63,171 nt of DNA. Origin: an uncultured Clostridia bacterium (GTDB lineage Bacteria; Bacillota; Clostridia; TANB77; CAG-508). A model generated the notes under the pieces. The model searched no databases, was not told the DNA's origin, and saw nothing but the letters and a program-made list of their open reading frames with translations. The position numbers were made by a program, and so were the translations under genes. Positions 28,110 to 38,184 of the stretch are shown one piece after another; the stretch's first letter is position 1; every line of letters begins with the position of its first letter. The DNA lies in NCBI GenBank assembly GCA_944388755.1, contig CALXJY010000005.1:1-63171 (forward strand), given 5' to 3'.

Positions 28110-30726
28110 AAATCCATTCACCATATTTTTTAATATAAACCTTTTTAGCAAATAATGCTACAATACAATACAAAATAGGAACTCCAATTATTATAGTTAA
28201 ATATATAAAAGGTATCTTAACAAGACCAATTATTTGTCCTAAAATAGTGTATGGGACAAGAATTGCAATTAAACTCAATAATATAGAAGATGCATAAACT
28301 AATTTATTAGCATTACTTTGTACAAAAGGTATTTTGGCAGTTCTTATTACATGCATACCAACTAAATTTGATACAACACCATATGAAAACCAAACAGTTT
28401 GAAATGTAGAAGCATCTCTAATACCAAATATAAACCACATAGAAGCAAATACAATCATATCAAAACAAGAACTAAGAGGTCCCATAAACAACATAAAATG
28501 TTTTAAGCTTTTTAAATCCCACTTTTTAGGTTTTTGCAAATATTCACTATCAACATTATCAAATGGTAAAGTTAGTTGACCAAAATCATATAGCAAACTC
28601 TGAACAAGTAATTGAATAGGTGTGATAGGTAAAAATGGGAATAAAATACTTGCAATAATAACAGAAGAAACTTCCCCAAAATTAAAGCTTACAGCCATTT
28701 TTATATATTTTAACAAATTAGCAAAAGTACGTCTTCCTTCAGTTACACCATCTAAAAGTACATGCAAATCTTTCTCAAGTAATATAATATCAGCAGATTC
28801 CTTAGCAACATCTACTGCTGTATCAACAGAAATACCAACATCTGAATTAGTAAGAGAAGGACTATCATTTATACCATCACCCATATAACCTACAACATTA
28901 CCACTATCCTTTAAAAGCCTTACAATTCTAGCCTTTTGCACAGGTGATAGTTTCGCAAATATATTGGTTTTTCGTAAAATTCTCAAAACAGCTGCATCAG
29001 AAAGTCTATCTATTTCATATCCTAACACAATTTTTTTAGAATTAATACCAACTTTATTACAAATACATCTAGTAACTTCTGCGTTATCACCAGTTAAAAC
29101 AATTACACGAATTCCATATTTATTAAGCTTTTCAATTGAAGATTTTGCACTTTCCTTAGGAGGATCCAAAAATCCAATAAATCCAATCAAAACCATATTT
29201 TTTTCAAGACTAACATCAAATGTTTTATTAACACCTAAGTCATTTTTTTGGCAAACTGCAATTACACGTAAGCCATCTTCATTTAATTTTTTACTAATTT
29301 TTCTTATATTTTCTTTAATTTCCTTGGTAATAGGTGAAACTTGACCTTTATAATCTACCATAGTACAAATATTTAGAATTTCCTCAACAGCACCTTTTGT
29401 TATCATCTGAGTTTTTGAACCATCAGAAACTATAACAGAAAGCATTCTACGTGAAAAATCAAAAGGAATTTCATCTACTTTTTTATATTTTTCTGTATAA
29501 ATACTCATATCATTTTCTAATCCACGTTTTATAACTGCTTCATCAATATTACCTTTTAAACCAGTTTGAAAATAGGAATTCAAAAACGCATGTTTTAATA
29601 CTCTTAAATCCTCGTCACCATTTATATCAAGATATTTTTCTAAAACGATTTTATCTTCTGTTAAAGTCCCAGTTTTATCAGTACATAAAATATTCATAGC
29701 TCCAAAACTTTGTATAGAATCTAAAGATTTAACAATAGTTTTCTTTTTAGACATTCTAACAGCACCTTTAGATAAACTTGATGACAATATTACTGGTAGT
29801 AAAAGAGGAGTAATACCAATTGCAATAGCAACAGCAAAAGTAAAAGCTAAAACTAAATCATGTTTAGCAACATTTAGTAAAAAAACTATAGGTATTAATA
29901 TAAGCATAAATTTAATTAATAATTTACTAATACTTTGAATACCTTTTTGAAAAGCAGATTGAGGTTTTCTAGTAATAGTATGAGCAATTTTACCAAAATA
30001 AGTTGAGTCAGCTGTTTTAATTACAATACCTTTAGCAGTACCACTTATTACATTAGTACCCATAAAACAAATTGTATCTAAATCTGTTATACTCTCAATT
30101 TCATCATAAGTAATTTCAGAAGTAGAAACTTTTTTAACTGCATCTGATTCACCTGTTAAAGAAGATTGACCAACATATAAATCTTTTGATTCAATTATCC
30201 TTAAATCAGCAGGTATCATACTACCAGCATTTAAAGAAACAACATCTCCCAATGTGATATCTTTTATAGGAATATCAGTCTGTTTACCATCACGTAAAAC
30301 AGTAGTAGATGTTGCTACAAGTTCTTTAAGCTTTTCAGCAGCTTTATTAGAACGATATTCTTCAAAAAAATCTAATAAAGTACTAACAAGAACTAGAACA
30401 ATAATAACAATTATATTTGCATAACTAGGTGTTTCAGGTAAATATACATCTGTGTAAAACAGTATAATCGTTATACCAAGAAGAATACTATTAAATGGAC
30501 TAAATAAACTCTCAAAGAAATAATGATACCATTTTTTAGGCTTAGCTTGAGTAACTTCATTTAGACCATATTTTTGAATATTTTCAGATGCTTGCTTACT
30601 AGATAATCCACCTTCTGAAATATTGTAATGTTCTAAAAAGTCAACTTTACTTAATATGCACTCATTTCCATACATCTTTTTGATATTTAAATCATCTTTT
30701 TGTTGTTGCAAAATTATCATCTCCAT
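28108..30726 (-). CDS. mgtA: magnesium-translocating P-type ATPase
   Basis: 872 aa with LCTDKTGTLTEDKIVLE, TGES and MGDGINDSPSL motifs, and the TM architecture of the MgtA/MgtB family. Confidence 0.85.
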   Translation of the reverse strand: MEMIILQQQKDDLNIKKMYGNECILSKVDFLEHYNISEGGLSSKQASENIQKYGLNEVTQAKPKKWYHYFFESLFSPFNSILLGITIILFYTDVYLPETPSYANIIVIIVLVLVSTLLDFFEEYRSNKAAEKLKELVATSTTVLRDGKQTDIPIKDITLGDVVSLNAGSMIPADLRIIESKDLYVGQSSLTGESDAVKKVSTSEITYDEIESITDLDTICFMGTNVISGTAKGIVIKTADSTYFGKIAHTITRKPQSAFQKGIQSISKLLIKFMLILIPIVFLLNVAKHDLVLAFTFAVAIAIGITPLLLPVILSSSLSKGAVRMSKKKTIVKSLDSIQSFGAMNILCTDKTGTLTEDKIVLEKYLDINGDEDLRVLKHAFLNSYFQTGLKGNIDEAVIKRGLENDMSIYTEKYKKVDEIPFDFSRRMLSVIVSDGSKTQMITKGAVEEILNICTMVDYKGQVSPITKEIKENIRKISKKLNEDGLRVIAVCQKNDLGVNKTFDVSLEKNMVLIGFIGFLDPPKESAKSSIEKLNKYGIRVIVLTGDNAEVTRCICNKVGINSKKIVLGYEIDRLSDAAVLRILRKTNIFAKLSPVQKARIVRLLKDSGNVVGYMGDGINDSPSLTNSDVGISVDTAVDVAKESADIILLEKDLHVLLDGVTEGRRTFANLLKYIKMAVSFNFGEVSSVIIASILFPFLPITPIQLLVQSLLYDFGQLTLPFDNVDSEYLQKPKKWDLKSLKHFMLFMGPLSSCFDMIVFASMWFIFGIRDASTFQTVWFSYGVVSNLVGMHVIRTAKIPFVQSNANKLVYASSILLSLIAILVPYTILGQIIGLVKIPFIYLTIIIGVPILYCIVALFAKKVYIKKYGEWI

Positions 30727-30769
30727 TTCTTTTGTAATAGCAATATTATTATAACACTAAATCAAAATT

Positions 30770-31756
30770 TTACAACAACTTTTCTAAAATTTGTACAGCA
30801 TTAGAAGCGGCACCTTTACGTAAATTATCTCCAACACACCAAATATTCAAGCCACTTTTAATACTAAAATCTCTACGAATTCTGCCAACTAAAATTTCAT
30901 CACCACCATCTGCCTTTGTAGCAAGAGGATAATAATTTTTAGAAGGGTTATCAACAACAATAATACCAGGAGATTTTTCCAAAAGTTTAAAAACATCATA
31001 TATATCAAATTCTTTTTCAAATTCAATATTAATACTTTCAGAATGGCAATTTCTAACAGGAACTCTCACAGTTGTGGCAGTTATGGGAAGATTAGGTTTA
31101 TCTAATATTTTTCTAGTTTCATCAATCATTTTATGCTCTTCTTTTGTATAACCATCTTCTAAAAAAACATCTATATGAGGAATACAATTATTAAAAATAG
31201 GATATGGGAATTTTTTAGGAGGCTCACCTTTTATGCCACTTTCTAAGTCAAGAATACCCTGTCTGCCAGCACCTGAAACAGCTTGATATGTAGAATATAC
31301 AATCCTTTTAATATTATATTTTATATCCAATGGTTTTAAAGGTATAACAGCTTGAATTGTTGAACAATTTGGATTCGCTATAATCCCACTATTTTCAAAA
31401 ATTTTTTCAGGATTTACTTCAGGAACAACTAATGGTACTTTAGGATCCATACGAAACACACTACTATTATCAATTACAGTACAACCATTTTTTACAGCAA
31501 TTGGAATATATTTTTTAGATACTTCACCACCAGCACAAAATATTGCATAATCAAATTTAGAATTAAATGAATTTTCTGTTAATTCACAAATAACATAAGA
31601 TTGACCCAAAAACTCCAATTTAGAACCGGCAGACTTTTTAGAAGAAAAAAGAGTGTATGAGCAATTTTTAAAATTTTTTTCTTCTAAAATTTTTAGTACT
31701 GTTCTGCCAACTAATCCAGTACTACCAACAATAGCTATTTTATAACTTGTTTTCAT
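30770..31756 (-). CDS. asd: aspartate-semialdehyde dehydrogenase
   Basis: KIAIVGSTGLVGR NAD site, NPNCSTI active-site Cys block, SGAG. It ends 43 nt upstream of mgtA on the same strand. Confidence 0.9.
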   Translation of the reverse strand: MKTSYKIAIVGSTGLVGRTVLKILEEKNFKNCSYTLFSSKKSAGSKLEFLGQSYVICELTENSFNSKFDYAIFCAGGEVSKKYIPIAVKNGCTVIDNSSVFRMDPKVPLVVPEVNPEKIFENSGIIANPNCSTIQAVIPLKPLDIKYNIKRIVYSTYQAVSGAGRQGILDLESGIKGEPPKKFPYPIFNNCIPHIDVFLEDGYTKEEHKMIDETRKILDKPNLPITATTVRVPVRNCHSESINIEFEKEFDIYDVFKLLEKSPGIIVVDNPSKNYYPLATKADGGDEILVGRIRRDFSIKSGLNIWCVGDNLRKGAASNAVQILEKLL

Positions 31757-32019
31757 GATTTAACCATTCCTTTCTCAGAAAGTATATTAAAAATAGAATT
31801 ATACTTATAAAATAAGTATATGCATTATTTTTGAATTTGTGAAGGAAGAAAAATAATTCTACAGTTACAAAACATACCAAAAATAATTGTGTTACTATAG
31901 CAAAGATACAAAGGTAATTATAAATTAAAGCTAAGGGACTTTTTAGTTAGTAATAAAAATTCTTGCTATTTTTATTTATATATAGTAAAATATAAAAGAA
32001 GTTAGGAAGGTGATTAAAA

Positions 32020-32715
32020 ATGAAAAAATTACCATATGGAATAAGTGATTATGAGAGATTAATAGAAAATGAATATTATTATGTAGATAAAACAATGTAT
32101 ATAGAAAAACTAGAAAATTTAGCAGAACCATATATAATGTTTTTACGACCAAGAAAATTTGGAAAAACATTATTTACAAGCACATTAGAAAATTATTATG
32201 ATATAAAAAAGTCAGAGAAGTTTGAAAAGCTATATGGAGAAACATATATAGGAAAAAAACCAACAAAATTAAAAAATAGTTATCATATATTAAAATTTAA
32301 TTTTTCAGGAATAGATACAACAAATAATGAAACAATAATAAATGGATTTAAAGAAAAAGTTGCAATTTCAATAGAAGGATTTGTAAAAAACTACAATTTA
32401 GATTTTTATGTTAATTTAAATTTAACAGCAGAAGGATTATTAAGAAGTCTAATAGAAGCATTCAAAATACAAAAAGCGGGAGAAAAAATATATGTAATAA
32501 TAGATGAATATGACCATTTTGCAAATGAACTACTAGGATTTAATACAGAACAATTTAAAAATTTAGTATCTAAAAATGGAAAAGTAAGAAAATGGTATGA
32601 GATATTAAAAGAAGGAACAGAAAGTGTAATAGATAGAATATTCATAACAGGAGTAGCCCCAATAACATTAGATAGTCTAACATCAGGGTTTAACATAAGC
32701 TCAGATAAAACCTAA
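32020..32715 (+). pseudogene. truncated AAA-ATPase-like / PD-(D/E)XK family gene (N-terminal half only)
   Basis: MKKLPYGISDYERLIENEYYYVDKTMYIEKLE...FLRPRKFGKTL is the N-terminus of the predicted AAA-ATPase (DUF1703-type) family, which is normally more than 500 aa. Here it stops at 231 aa, the nuclease domain is missing, and a short in-frame remnant follows the stop. Confidence 0.6.
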
Positions 32716-32839
32716 AATGAAGAATTCAATGAATACAAAAAAATAGAAGAAATAACAATAGAAAGAAATATTGCAGAAGAAATATATTTAATATACTAAG
32801 ATTAATCATGTATTAAAAATATAGACATAAAAAGTAAAA

Positions 32840-32863
32840 AAGGACACAAATTTTTGTGTCCTT
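32840..32863. terminator. GC-containing hairpin (T tail on the minus strand)
   Basis: 11-bp stem aaggacacaaa/tttgtgtcctt. The U-run is only on the reverse strand, although no minus-strand gene ends here. Confidence 0.4.
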
Positions 32864-32992
32864 AAAAACGAAAAAAATTCTTAATTTTTCAAAAAATTCA
32901 AAAAAAAGTTGCATAATTTTAACAAACATAGTATAATAAAAAAAGAGTACAATATAAATTAATAAGAAAAATAATAAAGAGAGGTAAAAAAT

Positions 32993-34258
32993 ATGGAATA
33001 TCTATATATTCTTAGAGAAGCATTAGTATGGATAGTAACAATCTTTTGGTTATATCAATTACTAATAAGTATATGTTCTCTAATAAAATTAAAAGATAAA
33101 CCACTAAAAGTAGTAAAAGACCACAAATTTATGGCAATAATTCCAGCACATAACGAAGAAACAGTTATTGGAAACTTAATAGAAAGCCTAAAAAATCAAA
33201 ACTACAACAAAGAACTTTATGATATATATGTAATAGCAGATAACTGTACAGACAATACAAAAAAAGTTGCAGAAAAAGCTGGAGCAATAGTATATGAAAG
33301 ATTTGACAATGAAAAACAAACAAAAGGATATGCACTAGACTGGTTTTTGCAACAAAAAATCAAAGAAAATGCAGATTATGATGCTGTATTAGTTTTTGAT
33401 GCAGACAATATAGTAGATAAAAATTTTATAAAAAATATGAATAAAAAACTATGTCAAGGAGAAGAAGTAGTTCAAGGATATAGAGATATAAAAAATCCTA
33501 CAGACAGTTGGGTATCAGCAGGATATGCTATATTTTATTGGACAATGCACCGTTTTTACCATTTAGCAAGATATAATATTGGACTTTCACCATTATTAAA
33601 TGGAACAGGATTTATGGTAAAATTTGATATATTAAAACCACAAGGATGGAAAACAGTAACACTTACAGAAGACATAGAGTTTTCATTACAAAGAATAATA
33701 AAAGGAAAAAAATTAGGATGGGCAACAGATGCTATAGTATATGATGAACAACCAGTAGGATTTAAACAAAGCTGGTCACAAAGAAGTAGATGGACAGTAG
33801 GACATATACAATGTATAGGAGAATATACTAAAAAATTAATATTAGCAGTAAAAAAATATAAAACTGTTATGAATATAGATGGTTTCTTATATATTATAGG
33901 AAGTATACCAATGTTTATATTAACACTACTATTATTATTTACAAACTTCTTAATGTATGCAGGAAACAGCATTACACAATTAGACTTAATAATAAATATA
34001 GCAAGATATTTAGTACCAACATTTTTATTCCCAATATTTACAGGAGCATTTGTTATGTGGCTAGATAAAAGACCAATTAAACCAATGTTAAAAGGATTAT
34101 TATGTTATCCAATATTTATGGGGTCTTGGCTAATTATTAACCTAAAATGTATATTTAAAAGAAACATAAAATGGGAAAAAATAAACCATGTAAGAGATAT
34201 AAAAATATCTGATGTAATACAAACAGAAACACCAGAAAGAGAAAAAGAATTAATATAA
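32993..34258 (+). CDS. membrane glycosyltransferase family 2 (processive, QxxRW type)
   Basis: IIPAHNEE, DADN, TEDIEFS and QRSRW motifs, flanked by TM helices. Confidence 0.8.
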   Translation: MEYLYILREALVWIVTIFWLYQLLISICSLIKLKDKPLKVVKDHKFMAIIPAHNEETVIGNLIESLKNQNYNKELYDIYVIADNCTDNTKKVAEKAGAIVYERFDNEKQTKGYALDWFLQQKIKENADYDAVLVFDADNIVDKNFIKNMNKKLCQGEEVVQGYRDIKNPTDSWVSAGYAIFYWTMHRFYHLARYNIGLSPLLNGTGFMVKFDILKPQGWKTVTLTEDIEFSLQRIIKGKKLGWATDAIVYDEQPVGFKQSWSQRSRWTVGHIQCIGEYTKKLILAVKKYKTVMNIDGFLYIIGSIPMFILTLLLLFTNFLMYAGNSITQLDLIINIARYLVPTFLFPIFTGAFVMWLDKRPIKPMLKGLLCYPIFMGSWLIINLKCIFKRNIKWEKINHVRDIKISDVIQTETPEREKELI

Positions 34259-34363
34259 AATATTTTAAAGAGGGTTTCTATGACCCTCTTAAATTGGTTA
34301 TAAGGAACAAAATAGCAGAAAATTAAATTTAAATTGATACATTTTGAAAGGAATGTGTAAAAA

Positions 34364-35872
34364 ATGAAAAAAATAAATTTAAGAACTATACATATACTAA
34401 TAATTATATTAGGAATTTTATTTATTTTAATTCCAAATTTCCATACAAATTTATGGTTTGATGAAAGTTATTCTGTTGCAATTTCAAATAATCATAATTT
34501 TGGTGAAATATGGGAAATAGGAGGACACGATGTTCATCCAGTCTTATATTATTGGATGCTTAAAATTATATCATTAATATTTGGAAATAATATTTTATGT
34601 TATAGATTATTATCAGTTATAGCACTAGCAATTTTAGGAATACTTGGATATACACATATAAGAAAAGACTTTGGAGAAAAAACAGGAGCACTTTTTTCAC
34701 TATTTACATTTGTATTCCCATTAAACCTTGTATATTCAGGAGAAATAAGAATGTACACATGGGCAATGCTATTTGTAGCAATTATGGCAATATATGCATA
34801 TCGAATATTTAAAGGAAAAAGTACAATAAAAAATTGGATAATATTTGGAATATTTAGCTTAGCATCAGCATATACTCATTATTATGGACTAATGACAGCA
34901 GGAGTTATAAATATACTATTATTTATATGGATATTAAAAAATGCAATAAAAGAAAAAAAATTCACAAAAAATTTAAAAATTTTTATAGTACAAGCAATAA
35001 TACAAATAATTTTATATTTACCATGGGTATTATCACTATTATTACAAGTATCACAAGTATCAAAAGGATTTTGGGTAGGAGTAAAGTTTCCAAATACATT
35101 AATAGAATTATTTACATTCCAATTTACAGGAAATCTATTAAGCAGTATACATATTAGCAATTGGATAGCAGGAATATATGGATTAATAATATGCATATAC
35201 ATTATATATATTATATGTAAAAACAAAAAAAGTGAAAATAAAATAAGCTTAAAGCCAGCTAGATATGCAATAATAACATATTTTTTAGTAATATTAGGAG
35301 CAATTGCAGTATCAATAATTATTTGGCGACCAATTATATATGCAAGATATTTATTAGTAATCACAGGATTATTAATCTTTGCAATAACATATACGATGTC
35401 TAAAATAGGAAATAAAAAATTAAACATATGTATAATAATATTAAGTGTTATAATATCAACATATTTAAACATAAACTTATCACAAATAAACTATGATAAA
35501 ACAAACCAAGAACCTATAAACTACGTAAAAGGAAATATGCAAGAAGGAGATATAATAATATATAAAAATGATGGAACAGGATTTGTATTATCAGCAAATT
35601 TTCCACAATATACACAATATTTTTATGATAAACAAAATTGGTGTGTAGAAGAAGCATACAAAGCATTTGGACCTAATATGACATATGTATACAATTTAGA
35701 ATTCTTAAAAGACTATGAAGGCAGAATATGGATTATAGACATGGGAAATTATGAATTATATGAACAAACAAAACAAGAATATGAAAAAATAAACTTAATA
35801 AAACAAGTAAATTTTGATACAAAATATCAAACATATAGATATAATCTATCATTAGTAGAAAAAATTTCTTAA
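34364..35872 (+). CDS. GT-C fold membrane glycosyltransferase (family 39 / ArnT-PMT-like)
   Basis: 502 aa with about 11 TM helices, an early WFDESYS loop motif and a C-terminal soluble domain. Confidence 0.6.
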   Translation: MKKINLRTIHILIIILGILFILIPNFHTNLWFDESYSVAISNNHNFGEIWEIGGHDVHPVLYYWMLKIISLIFGNNILCYRLLSVIALAILGILGYTHIRKDFGEKTGALFSLFTFVFPLNLVYSGEIRMYTWAMLFVAIMAIYAYRIFKGKSTIKNWIIFGIFSLASAYTHYYGLMTAGVINILLFIWILKNAIKEKKFTKNLKIFIVQAIIQIILYLPWVLSLLLQVSQVSKGFWVGVKFPNTLIELFTFQFTGNLLSSIHISNWIAGIYGLIICIYIIYIICKNKKSENKISLKPARYAIITYFLVILGAIAVSIIIWRPIIYARYLLVITGLLIFAITYTMSKIGNKKLNICIIILSVIISTYLNINLSQINYDKTNQEPINYVKGNMQEGDIIIYKNDGTGFVLSANFPQYTQYFYDKQNWCVEEAYKAFGPNMTYVYNLEFLKDYEGRIWIIDMGNYELYEQTKQEYEKINLIKQVNFDTKYQTYRYNLSLVEKIS

Positions 35873-35876
35873 AATA

Positions 35877-35905
35877 CTTGCATTTTATGGAAAAATAGGG
35901 TATAC
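35877..35905 (+). promoter_or_regulatory. putative sigma-A promoter of the rimP-nusA-infB operon
   Basis: TTGCAT (35877-35882), 17-nt spacer, TATACT (35900-35905). Confidence 0.5.
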
Positions 35906-35932
35906 TATTAAAGTAGACTAGATAAAATAGAG

Positions 35933-35957
35933 GAGTGGGAACAAATCCCACTCTTTA
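35933..35957 (+). terminator. leader hairpin / candidate attenuator upstream of rimP
   Basis: 8-bp GC-rich stem gagtggga/tcccactc plus TTT. It lies between the predicted promoter and the rimP start. Confidence 0.45.
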
Positions 35958-35995
35958 ATATTAATATACACATAAAATAAAGGGAGGAAAAGTTA

Positions 35996-36445
35996 TTGGC
36001 AAATATAGAAAATAAAGTTGAAGACCTAGTAACACCAAAAATAGAAAAACTTGGATATGAAGTATATGACGTAGAATATGTAAAAGAAGGAAAAAATTAT
36101 TTCTTACGTATATATATTGACAGTCCAAAAGGCATAGACATAAATGACTGTGAAAAAGTTAATAATGAAATTATGGATCTATTAGATGAAGCAGATTATA
36201 TAAAAGAACAATACTTTTTAGAAATATCATCACCTGGAATCGAAAAAATTCTAAGAAAAGATAAACATCTTAAAAATAATATAGGAACAGAAATAAATAT
36301 AAAATTATTTAAAAAAGATGAAAACGGAAAAAAAGAATACCAAGGAATATTAAAAGATTTTAATAAAGATTATATAACTATAAATGATATGAATATAGAA
36401 AGAAAAAATATTGCACAAATAAAAACAATATATAATTGGGATTAA
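35996..36445 (+). CDS. rimP: ribosome maturation factor RimP
   Basis: TTG start after gggagga; LGYEVYDVEYVKEGKNYFLRIYIDSPKGI...EISSPGIE. Confidence 0.88.
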   Translation: MANIENKVEDLVTPKIEKLGYEVYDVEYVKEGKNYFLRIYIDSPKGIDINDCEKVNNEIMDLLDEADYIKEQYFLEISSPGIEKILRKDKHLKNNIGTEINIKLFKKDENGKKEYQGILKDFNKDYITINDMNIERKNIAQIKTIYNWD

Positions 36446-36466
36446 ATAAAGGAGGAATTTATAAAA

Positions 36467-37579
36467 ATGAAAGCAATTGATAATAAAGAATTAATTTTAT
36501 CATTAGAAGAACTAGAAAAAGAGAAAGGAATAAAAAAATCATATGTAATAGAAGCAATAGAAACAGCACTAGTTACAGCATATAAAAGAAATTTTGATTC
36601 TTTAGAAAATGTAAGAGTAGATATAGACAAACAAACAGGAGCAACACACATATATGCAATTAAAGATGTTACAGAACAAGCAAAAGATGAAGCAACAGAA
36701 ATTAGTTTAGAAGATGCACATAAAATAAATAAAGAGCTAAAAATAGGAGACCAAGTAGATGTAGAAATTGTTCCAAAAGACTTTGGAAGAATAGCAGCAC
36801 AAACAGCTAAACAAGTTATTATACAAAAATTAAGAGAAGTAGAAAGAGAAGTTATATTTAACGAATTTAATGAAAGAAAAGGTGAAATAGTATCAGGAAT
36901 AATCCAAAAAGCAGATAAAAACATAGTTATAATGGATTTAGGAAGATTAGAAGGAATAATGCCAACAAAAGAACAAATACCAACAGAACACTACCATGTA
37001 AATGATAAGATAAAAGGATATGTATTAGATGTAGAAAAAGGACAAAAAGGTGCACCACAAGTAATAATTACAAGAAGCCATCCAGACTTTGTTAGAAAGC
37101 TATTAGAATTAGAAATACCAGAAATATATGAAGGAGTTATAGAGATAAAAAGTGTATCAAGAGACCCAGGATATAGAAGCAAAGTAGCTGTATATTCACC
37201 TGACCCAAATATTGATCCAGTAGGATCATGTGTAGGTCAAAAAGGAGTTAGAATCCAAAATGTTATAAATGAATTACATGGAGAAAAAATAGATGTAATA
37301 GAGTGGAACGAAGATCCAAGCATATTTATAGCATCAAGTTTATTGCCAGCACAAATTATGGCTGTAGACATAAAAGAAGATGAAAAATTTGCACAAGTAA
37401 TAGTAAGAGATGACCAATTGTCATTAGCAATTGGAAAAGCAGGGCAAAATGCAAGATTAGCAGCTAAACTAACAAATTGGAAAATAGATATAAAATCAGA
37501 AAGTCAATTCAGAGAAATACTTATGAATAAACAAGAAAATGAAGAAAAAGAAAATACAGAAGAAACTAATGAAAATTAA
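36467..37579 (+). CDS. nusA: transcription termination/antitermination factor NusA
   Basis: N-terminal domain, S1 and two KH domains (GSCVGQKGVRIQNV, AIGKAGQNARLAAKL). Confidence 0.93.
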   Translation: MKAIDNKELILSLEELEKEKGIKKSYVIEAIETALVTAYKRNFDSLENVRVDIDKQTGATHIYAIKDVTEQAKDEATEISLEDAHKINKELKIGDQVDVEIVPKDFGRIAAQTAKQVIIQKLREVEREVIFNEFNERKGEIVSGIIQKADKNIVIMDLGRLEGIMPTKEQIPTEHYHVNDKIKGYVLDVEKGQKGAPQVIITRSHPDFVRKLLELEIPEIYEGVIEIKSVSRDPGYRSKVAVYSPDPNIDPVGSCVGQKGVRIQNVINELHGEKIDVIEWNEDPSIFIASSLLPAQIMAVDIKEDEKFAQVIVRDDQLSLAIGKAGQNARLAAKLTNWKIDIKSESQFREILMNKQENEEKENTEETNEN

Positions 37580-37609
37580 AAACATGTAATAGCCGGAAGG
37601 AGTGGAAAA

Positions 37610-37873
37610 ATGCAAAACAAACAGCCACAAAGAACATGTATGGGATGTAACCAAAAAAAAGATAAAAAAGATTTAATCAGAATTGTAAAAAATAAAGAAA
37701 ATGTGATAAATGTAGATAAGACTGGAAAAATGCAAGGCAGAGGTGCATATATATGTAATGATGTAAATTGTTTAGAAAAAGTTATAAAAAATAAAAGACT
37801 AGAAAAAGTTTTAGAAACAAAAATATCACAGGAAATATATGAAAATGTAAGAGGTGTAATACTTGGTAAATAA
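37610..37873 (+). CDS. ylxR: YlxR/RnpM family RNA-binding protein (DUF448)
   Basis: RTCMGCNQKKDKKDLIRIV...GRGAYIC signature. Confidence 0.88.
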   Translation: MQNKQPQRTCMGCNQKKDKKDLIRIVKNKENVINVDKTGKMQGRGAYICNDVNCLEKVIKNKRLEKVLETKISQEIYENVRGVILGK

Positions 37874-38184
37874 TAAAATATTAGGATTGCTTCGGATTAT
37901 CAGCTAGAGCAAGAAAAATATGTTTTGGTTCAGATAGTGTTGAAGAAGAATTAAAAAAAGGCAAGGTAAAATTAGTATTAATTGCAACAGATAGTTCAGA
38001 AAGAACAAAAACTAAATTTATAGAATTATGCAATAAATATAAAACTAACTATATTATATGTGAAGACATAGATAGTTTAAGTAAAGCAATTGGAAAAACA
38101 AACAAAGCCATAATAGGAATAAAAGAAGCAAACATAGCAAAACAAATAAAAAAAATAAATTGTGGGGGTGAAAGTATTGGGTAA
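37863..38184 (+). CDS. ylxQ: L7Ae-family RNA-binding protein YlxQ; needs a +1 shift at CGG-A 37893-37896
   Basis: TTG 37863 gives (M)[12 protein letters not shown], and the 0-frame stops 4 codons later. The +1 frame reads [39 protein letters not shown]...[12 protein letters not shown] (YlxQ pattern LLGLAxRA...). It ends at 38184, overlapping the infB start. Confidence 0.75.

Noticed and set aside
31757-32019. A lysine (L-box) riboswitch upstream of asd on the minus strand.
   Set aside because: The region is almost pure A/T, with no conserved helices or the GC-rich core of the L-box.
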